Shown in pieces: positions 54,691 through 64,000 of a stretch of 64,000 nt of DNA. Source of the DNA: Paragordius varius (taxonomy: Eukaryota; Animalia; Nematomorpha). Under the pieces are notes generated by a model. That model made no database searches, was not told where the DNA came from, and saw only the letters and a program-made list of their open reading frames with translations. The stretch covers positions 5,890,001 to 5,954,000 of the forward strand of contig OZ176056.1 in NCBI GenBank assembly GCA_964247055.1, written 5' to 3'. Position numbers and translations under genes: made by a program. Every line of letters begins with the position of its first letter. The stretch's first letter is position 1.

Positions 54691-57600
54691 TTTTCTTCCT
54701 CCTCTAAAAACTCCTAGGAGGTTTGGGGATTCGATCTGGGTAACGCCTGGGGGCCTCACTCTGCTCACCATCAAGCCTCAGTTGATCCACATGTTTCCTC
54801 CTCTTCCCTTCTTCATCATGCTTCACAATGGATCGGTTCTTACTTCCACCGTTCCCGGTCTCCATCCTTTCGTTATCTCATTCTCTAAAATTGGTTTTGA
54901 GGGTGTGAACTTTTTAAACGGTATTAGTCGTGTACTTTCTTTCAGCGCTTCTTTATCTTACCAATTCAACGGTGTTTTGATGTTTCTCTTCAAAAACTGC
55001 GGAAGTCGTCTTTATTTCATTAAGCCATGAGTTTCTATTTAAAGCCTCTTGACTCTTTATGCCAGTCATCATCGTAGAACGAAATCTTGATTTTAACGTG
55101 CAAATCACTCTTTCCACTAAACAATTTGTGGGTGATAAGGAGCAGACGCCAGAATAATGTTCCAGTTTGTCATCTTTTCTCGAAAATTGAACAATTTAAA
55201 ATAAGTAGCATTATCAGATACTAATATTGTTGGAAAACCATAAGAGGCGAATCATTACTCCAATTAATTTAAAATCACATCCGATGTAATACTGCTAAGT
55301 ATGTCTAGCTCCACCCATTTCGATAACAATTAAAACCAACCAATATTTACCACAAATGGGATCCGCGATGTCCACATGGAATCTTCTACATATTCCTACA
55401 TTGAAGTTTCATTTATATACCGAATTTACAGCAATGTTCACCCTGTTCCTCTGACAACACTGACAGTCCTGTACTAACTTTTCCATGTCCTTATCCGTTC
55501 CGGGCCAAAACACCAATGACCTTGCTATGTTTTTACTAGCAACAATCCCCGGTCCAACATGAAACCAAGCCGAAATTCGTTTTCGCGCACCTGTTGGGAT
55601 TAGTAACCGATCACTAACATATAAGAAACCATCGGCTTGTTTGAAATCGTTTCTCATGGCTTTGAAAGCAGATAATTCCAGTGTTGACCAATCATTTTTT
55701 AAGTGCCATAAGTCGATTAAACAGTTTATACTCCAAGCACACTTTTTTATTTGGGTTTTAATTAAATATAAATCCACGAATGCGATTTGTCAGATTTGTT
55801 CGGTCACATATTCATCATCATTGGCTAAAGGTGTCTGACTCTTTTCGGGAAGTCTTGAAAACACATCGGCCATGTTTGTCGATCCAGCTATTTACATAAT
55901 AAAATCATACGCGGCTGCCTTGTAGATCCATATTTACAATTTGCAGTTTTTACTATCACTTAACTTCAGGATCTTACCGAATAAATAAACTAACGGCATA
56001 TGATCTGACCAGACCTCACTTCCATGTATATAATATAATTGAATTTTTATAACCCAAATAGCTAAGCCTTAGTTTCCAATTCAATCACAAAATAATTTTT
56101 TTCTACATTCTGGCATTTGCTTGATTACAGAAGTACTCCAAAGCCTTTTGTAGTCCATTAGCATTATTTATGTTATAAGTGGCAAGTAAAGATTCTATTA
56201 ATATTTAGTTTTTCGCTCGCTTAAATTCATTTTGATGTGATCGTGACCATCTCCCTTCCTTTTTGGATTATGTTAGTGCATATTGCTAACTTTGACATGT
56301 AAGCCAGGAATAGTGCGTTCATAGAAATTGAGCAATCCCAAAAACGATCCTAACTCAGTTTTATCGTAATGGCGTCAATTTTATTTTGTACAGGACAAAT
56401 TCCTTGTTTTGATAGCTTGTAACCCAGGAATTTAATATTGTTCTGTTAAGGTTTAGTTTATTTTTCCTTAACGTAAAACCGAATTTTCGCAACCTTGCTA
56501 GGGTATCGTTAAGGTTTCAATCATATTAACCGTTTGTATTACCATCAATACATAGTCGAGGTAGATCATTGTGCTCCTAAAAATCTTTGAGTGCCTCATC
56601 CATTTTTTTGAGGCAAGGGAAGCCTTCAACCAAATGGTAGACGATTAAATCGAAAAATTCCATCGGGGTAGTAATTATCAATTATTTTTTTATCTCCTCA
56701 TCCATCGGAATTTTAATGTAAGCGTCCTTCAAATCAATGGACGAGAACCATGTGGATCCCGCACATTTAGAGATCGTGTCAAATGTAGAGATAATCTAGC
56801 ATATGTCCATACAAGAATTGTTTTTTATCCAGAAATCAGCCACACCCTAAATTCCCCATTAGTTTTCACGACGTTAACCGTAGAAGTGGCCCACCACACA
56901 TGGTGTTGTGCAGGATCAACGGGACTCTCCCCAGGTCCATCAGTCTCTGCACTTTTCTTCTCTAATTTACTGTAGTGCCAATGGAATTTGCCCTGCAGGG
57001 CACTTTTGATATCGGATTTAATCGAACATAAAATTTAACAAGATCAACGTTTTAACAACCCAATTCCCCGTTAAAGAGTTTTGAAAACCATTTATATACA
57101 TCATTATAAATCATCATTATTATTAGATGCTATTTGATTAGCTTTCACGGTATCCGGTGAAGTCATCACAATCAATGATCCAAGCCCGAAAATCGATAGC
57201 TCAACTTCCGTCACAAAACATTTTATTCTCCTAGTAATTATTCCCATTGTTGCATTGACATCTGTTTTTCCCAAAAGTTTGATTGCGTTGTTTCTGTAGG
57301 AAGTTAATCTGGGCACATTTTAATAACGGTGCTCCAACCGCCTTCCAGACATTTTTATTAATCAGAGAAGCAGCAGCTTCAGTATCAAAAACCATACTGA
57401 CAACTTGGCCCTTAATCGTTGCGCAAATGCTCGCTTGTGTGCCCCACTTATTATAATCAGCGTTTATATTATCACTATAACGTTTTTTATGGCGACACAT
57501 TGCTATAAATGATTTGTTTATTAGGATTATGGCAATTTTTTTCCGAATAGGGGACGTTTTGGAATATAAAATTTACCACATTTGCCTAACCTCCGCTTTC

Positions 57601-58246
57601 AATTATTATTATTATTACCATCACCTTTTTTATATTCCATATTATTACTACTATTATTATTATTATAATTAGTATTATATTATAACTCGACCGATTCCTT
57701 TAAATTTAGAGATACTGCTTGACGACACATGGGATATCGGCCCATGCAAGTTTCAGAGTCAAGGCCTTGTCGGCAATAGTGGTCAATGACACCGCCCCCA
57801 TCCTACTTCGCATCAGAGAATCGTGAATAAAGATCCACTTCCAATGATTGCAAGTTTAATCCAGCCACAAAACTGTCTCTAATTCTCTTCTCCACCTCTG
57901 TTTGAAATTCAGCTTTTTCCGCCTCACTCTTGATTCTTTGTAAAAATTCCATGAACATCATTTCCCGCAAACAAACTCAATGCAGCTATGAAAGACTTAT
58001 CGGGTGAGAAAAGTTCAAGACCAATGTTATATGGACCTAGGTATAAATAAATGCTGGAAATATCATTGTTTCGATCTAATAACTTGTTTTAAGACCAGCT
58101 CCAGCCAAAACAGTATACTGACATTAGCATCATTAGTATCAACATATTTAAAGATCATAACCCTTTTGACATATCTGATGTAGGAGGCAAAATCTTAAGT
58201 GTCATTGTATCCTTCAATCGAAATTTTCTCCGTCATCGTCACCAAA

Positions 58247-58491
58247 TATTAAATAGTATACCGGAATAACGTAAAATTAAAATATAGTTTATTTATTAAA
58301 ATTGTTGTGTATAATTTAAACACGAACGTGCGCCACTATTGTAAAGAATAAGTCTTTTATTTTACTAGTTTATATATCCACAAATACTGACGCACAAACA
58401 TAAACGCAAAAAGCGATTAATGCAATAATAATAATAATATGATGTAGGATAAAAAGACAGTCATGCAATCTTATTTCATATCAACTACACA
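58247..58491 (-). repeat. 5' LTR of Gypsy element
   Basis: Direct repeat of 54415-54690; followed on minus strand by PBS TGGTGACGATGACGG (58230-58244). Confidence 0.75.
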
Positions 58492-59017
58492 TTATTCCAA
58501 TATTAGGGATATATAATAATAAAGATTTAGGCTGCAACTTGGCAAAATTTTATTATTAAATTCAAATGAGAGGATTAATTATATCAATAGTTGCCACTTT
58601 ACATGCTCACTTTAATAATAAATATAAATACCGAAGTCGTCTATTTGCCAAAAATTATATATTAAAACATTTGTTCTCACAATGTATTATAAAAAATAAA
58701 CAAAATTAATTACCTGTGTCGTCTAACATAATAATTATATGGTATAAATAATGTTGTCTATATCAATTTTAATTGGTGCAAGGTTTATGATTTCATAACC
58801 CAAGAAGACTAATATTTTAGCAATCATAGATGATTAACAACAAACTATATTAAAGCTAAAATATAAGAAATTTTACTCTGATTTAATATTTAAATTTAAT
58901 TTTATGTAATGCGCTTATTCGTTAATACTACAATTTTGAGTCTTGCTTACAGATATATGTAATATTATGGGCCTTTAGTTGTTGAAGCCCTGACATCTAA
59001 TATAATTTAAGTCTAAA

Positions 59018-59019
<2 letters not shown>

Positions 59020-59070
<51 letters not shown>
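59020..59070. repeat. (TA)n microsatellite
   Basis: Direct inspection. Confidence 0.95.
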
Positions 59071-59073
<3 letters not shown>

Positions 59074-60144
59074 TTATTAAATAAAATGTGTAATCATTGG
59101 ATCGAAATCAATTATAATAGATAAAAAGACGTATGTTAAATATTCATCTGTAATTTAGTAAAATACAATAATTTAACGTATGTTAGTAATTTTGTCGCAA
59201 AATTTTGACTTTTGTCCGTTTAAAAAAATGGTTGTTCGTTTTTACTGAATCTTAAAAATGCAAAATTAAATTTAAATTTTGATGCAACATTTTTTGGAAA
59301 AAAAATTATTTATACCTTGGGGCATTTTGCTTATATCGACAAAACCCAAAGCATGAGAGATTCTCACACATTTTAAATCAAATAATTTGACACCAAAAAA
59401 CAATTTTCCTACTAAATTTCATTTTAGCTAGACGTGAAAGTTAGAACCCCAGCCCGACAGGCGAGTTGTTAAAAAAGTATTTACAAGTTCTGATACAATT
59501 TTAGTCCTTTACCCTTAAATATAACAGAAGGCCCTATCTATATTCATTATTACGATTACTTCTGAATTTTTTAGCTTTATTATATTGCCCGTGTGTATAT
59601 TGAATACATCAGCCAAGAACCGTTTACACCTTAAATGCACTCCGAGCAATTTATATTCACCCTCAAACAATTTTTCACCCTTGAACTATTCAACCTTAAA
59701 AATAAATTATGTGGTTTCAAAATAAAAATTATCATTAAAATGGCGAGTTTATTATTTTTTGTATAAAGTTAATATAAAACGAAATTTTATTTTTAAAAAT
59801 ATATAGGTAGTTTTTACATTTGAAAACACAAAATTATTTTAGAGGGAATTGAAATGTTTGAAGGTTAATTTGAATGGTTCGAAAAGAATTTTAATTGATC
59901 AAGGGTGTATTTGAGCAGTAAATGGTATGTTTCAAATATTAACGCATTCAAATGCAAAAAGCACCAATGTATTAAAAATTAATAAAAGCTCAGAAATAAT
60001 TTTTTTCGAAATTTAATCAACTATTGTAGATAAATGATAGCAATCAATATAAAATTAATGATATTATCGATTTCCAAATTTCTGCAAAAATGACATAACA
60101 TCACATAATTTTATTCAAAGTTATGAAGTATATATAAATATAAC

Positions 60145-60205
60145 CTTGTGTTTGGCAAGCATGCATTGTCCAATACAATATTAAGCATATCCGAAGAAAA
60201 TTCAT
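60145..60205 (-). CDS. Candidate first exon encoding a signal peptide, MNFLRICLILYWTMHACQTQ
   Basis: ATG, basic n-region, hydrophobic core, phase-1 donor AAG|GTTATA compatible with downstream phase-1 exons. Confidence 0.45.
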
Positions 60206-62879
60206 TATGATAAAAACAATATTATATGAGGTTCGTTGTAAAATAAAATAATATTAAAAATTATGGAGTGATCAAATATTTATATTTGTTCTTTCTCAGT
60301 TAATTGTACTAGAAAATATTCTTAAAAACTCAAATTAGTGCGTAAATTGATAAAATTTCTTAAAAACTAAGTAAATAACACCAGGCTTATAGCATATAAA
60401 TAACCAGGTAAGATATTTTTAATTACCTTGAAAAAACCATTTATGTAATGTAAAATACAATCGAACATATAATTTTCCCTTTTTACAATGTATATCGTTT
60501 TTTCCTAAAATTTAAGGTATTAATTGATTCGAAGTACGTTAACCCAAACGATATTTTGATTTGATTATTATAAACTAAAACTTACCGAGCGTCTAGACTA
60601 TATGGGTAAAGATATATTGTATTTATAATCTACATCGCAACATAAGAAATTATATTAGATTAATATTATGTTTCATTATTTTAACAAATTATATAATATA
60701 CATCTAAATAAATATCTTACAAAAATATTTTTAAGTAGTTAATAAATTATTAGGGCACCTTGTCACTTATATTTGTTTATTCCAAGGAATGGCCCGCATT
60801 TTTAATGAAAACTTATAGCAGGATTAAAATAATAACATTTACTCTGTTTAATATTTATAAATTTTTTTACCTAAATGATGTATAATTTATTTTTAACAGT
60901 CTAGCCACAAAAAATTGTTTTTATAAGTTTTATTACTAGAGGAAACTGTTAAATTTAATTTTCTGTTCCTAACCTAAAAAAATTATATAAAAATGCCAAA
61001 ATATCCAAATAATATTTAGTTTTGGAATAAATGTTTCCGTATCAAACTACTTGGACGCCATTTTTATTTTATTACATTTTTGCATAATATCGTGCTTATT
61101 TGATTCTAAGCCTAAAATTAAGTTTACTTAAATAGTGGTATGTTTGCATATATTTATATTTAGCTTATGCACACATGTCATGTTGGTAACTTTGGAATGT
61201 ATGTCTGAATAAGTATTATCTGTATTTTTGAATGAATTTCATATAATATTTTTTAGGGTTATTTAAGGCAAACTTTTGCCATGGTTTTAATTTTTTCCAT
61301 ATTTTTTGAAATAATTAATTTTAAAGCCTGAGGTATTTAACTATTCAAATTATCGAAGGACTGATATGAGTATTTTGTATCCAATATTAATATTGTTCAA
61401 TTTACATTATTGTTTAATGGCCAAACAAGAAATTAGTGTATGAGTTAAAAACAAGGCTTAAACCAGTTCATAAAAAAGTGGATCTGGTCGGTTGGACAAA
61501 TCGAACACAAATCGCGTTGCTTCGTAAAAATTTGAAAATAGAACCAGGGGTTCCTGATTTGGAACTGGGGTGGTTCCTGAAAAAATAGCGGAACCGCGTT
61601 AGTTTCCTAAAAATTTACCAGTTCCTGAACCGGTTTTTACAACTAGCAACAGTTTCATTTTCGGTTCCTGACTTTTGATTATTTGATTTTCGTACAAAAT
61701 TATCATAAAAATTATCAACCAAAATATTAACAATTATAAACCAAACAAGTTATAATAAATATCCAAATGTATTGTTAAAGTAATATAATGTAGCATAAGA
61801 AACAGATATAATAGGAAATCCAAACGCCAATTTTTGAGCACATTTTAAAGAATTTTTTCATGAAAAAGGGTTCATTCCAAAAAATGTCACTAATATATTT
61901 TTTTTTGTTTTATATTATTTTACATAAAGGGATGGAAAGCTGACCACCTACTAAAATTGAAAAATTATTGGATTTTCTATTATAATTTAATTCTATTACT
62001 TAATTTTTGATTGGAATTTAAAGTGCCATATAGAAAATTTACAGACAAATATATTATTTATACCTTTGCTCAATTATTCTAAAAGTTCGGAAAAATTTTA
62101 TGTAAAGGCGCGATTGACCACGGTAATTTAAAGCATCAAGTGACACAAAAGTTTAAAAGGTATATTAATTTTAATCAAAAATTTATGATTGGTTAGAAAA
62201 TATATATCATCCGAAATTGGGCTTAGAATAAATATAATTTTATAAAAAGGCTGCTAAGATTTGGCCGGATTTAAAGTAAAAAAGGAAAATAATTATTTAG
62301 TATTTTTATTTTGATTTATTGGTATAGGGTTATATTAATTATAGTCGATTCGGTGTTAAAACAAAATATATCTTAGGATTTATTATGCAAAATTAATGGA
62401 TTATTGCAAAATATTATGTAGTCTATTTAAAGTCGTTATATAAAGGTCAAAGATTCTAGAAAAGGAAATATGTGGTCGGTATGCGTTTAGTTGCGATTCA
62501 AATAGTGATTCTTGTAAGGTTCTGGAAAAGGATACTTATCGTGTGAAGGCTTCAATAAATTTGATATCTAAAAAAAATTATAAAAATTATATTTTATTTA
62601 TGATATGTAAATATATCATTATCGATTCGTTTCATAATCAATAAAAACGTTTACCTAAATAAATTATTTTCCAATCAATACATTTATAAATATTCACTCA
62701 TGTAAACGCATGTTTTAATCGAGAAGGAAAGGTATGGTATCCTACGCTATTCTTATCCACCTTTTTACCAAAAACCTTGATTTCATACCTTCTCCTAACA
62801 TATTTATAATCCTTAAAAATCCTTAACATATTTCTCTTTACATTCACTCATTCTAATCAAATACTGAAAATGTTGACAT

Positions 62880-64000
62880 CGCGTAATCTCAGCATCCGTA
62901 TCAGACCGTGAAAATTACGGGGTGTGCTCATAACAATAATAACTTAGATTTAGTATTAAACGAAATGACCAGGCGTAATGACATACTAGATTTCAAAATG
63001 ACACTACCGGAACTTTAGTGACATCATATATTGTATATTTCTGGCAATATATAACTCGTTCAAATACAACGTCGGTATAATATTGAATAAAAAGCTAGCT
63101 AATTTATCTGATTTTTCAATCTAATCAATGAATGTATAATTTCAATCCGCATATAACCCCTCAACCCATTAAAATCTTTCAAATTTACGGCACTCCTCTT
63201 ACAGCGATCTGTGAAAAATTTTAAAGCGTTTCGACTTGGCGATTCAAATTTTAAATAAGGATATCAATTTATCTTAGGAGACTTCAATTCTATCAGAAAA
63301 ACAAAAGTTTTATTTGACGGGTGGCTTTGGCCATAAAAACGAGAGAGATAAATTGATCGAACTGTGTGCTTACCTACGTTTCTTCGCTCAAACATCTTTT
63401 AAACAACCTAAACGAGGTCTATACTTATGGCGTTCCGTGTGTCAAAGGTACCGTAATTAAATTGATTTCTTATTAGGTATGGTTAAATATAAAAGTGTAT
63501 TTCATGTTAAATGCTTGCCGCCAGATTGCTACAGCGACCACAATTAATTCATCCCCAAACTCTGCATTAAATTACAACTACCCAAAATATCCAAACACAT
63601 TAAAACAAGATTGGATTATCAATCGACAACAAATTTAGCACCGCTTTATCAAATCGTTTCGAGTATCTTAATTTTAATTCCGAAAACTGTCACTATATAA
63701 TTTCTCATCAACGCTATACAGACAATTTGCAAAGATACAGCCGACGAATTTATACAGCCTCTCAAACATAAAAAAAGGCAAAAAGTATTGAGATCGCAGA
63801 AAAACGTAAATCAAATGCAAATAGAATTAATACAAACAAATAAACAGTCAATGTAAAAATAAAGGACAAAAATAAATACGAGCAACTGTGCGAAAAGTTA
63901 GAAACACGCCAAAAATAAACGAAACCCTTTTGCCGATAACATAAAAATCTCTCTACAATGGACTTATGAGAAACGACAACAACTCAATCATCACTGAAAA
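62880..64000 (+). mobile_element. Decayed RTE-like LINE, APE endonuclease region, continues beyond window
   Basis: NVGIILNKK (63068), FILGDFNS (63268), IDFLL, SDH (63533) motifs with stops. Confidence 0.8.

Larger units (their letters stand above)
54415..58491 (-). mobile_element. Old Ty3/Gypsy LTR retrotransposon (gag-PR-RT-RH-IN), heavily decayed
   Basis: Protease VFDTEAAASLI, RT WFSSIDLKDAY and YLDY, RNaseH NMADVFSRLP, integrase HVGPG..FWPG..CQCCQ; two diverged LTRs, PBS and PPT. Confidence 0.9.

Noticed and set aside
54659-55030. 123-aa plus-strand ORF
   Set aside because: Antisense to the Gypsy integrase 3' region.
59520-59690. Open minus-strand frame with MORN-like GEKLFEGEYK
   Set aside because: No start or splice support; arises from repeated CACCCT/AGGGTG words of a probable MITE.

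Overview
AT-rich eukaryotic (animal-like) genomic DNA; nothing prokaryotic, no rRNA/tRNA/CRISPR recognised. Positions ~1-47,100 are a tandem array of diverged 4-5 kb intron-like units plus recent near-identical segmental duplications, peppered with transposons (two copies of one RTE LINE insertion, a hAT-type MITE, TA-TSD MITEs with minisatellite TIRs, piggyBac-like MITEs, a 2.4-kb foldback element). An old Ty3/Gypsy element (54.4-58.5 kb) and another RTE fragment (62.9-64 kb) follow. The main hidden signal is on the minus strand: 17 symmetric phase-1 micro-exons (21-63 nt, all indels multiples of 3, no stops) embedded one or two per repeat unit. They encode a Ser/Thr/Asn/Gly/Glu/Lys-rich stalk and lie downstream of an intact 231-nt phase-1 FN3-like exon (47,100-47,330) and a candidate signal-peptide exon (60,145-60,205). 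This suggests one >58-kb gene for a secreted or surface protein whose stalk is expanding by exon-plus-intron duplication, with decayed FN3-like exons nearby. All alignments and translations were done by eye; the gene model is inference until tested with transcripts. Most ORFs in the supplied track are artefacts of repeats or antisense TE frames.
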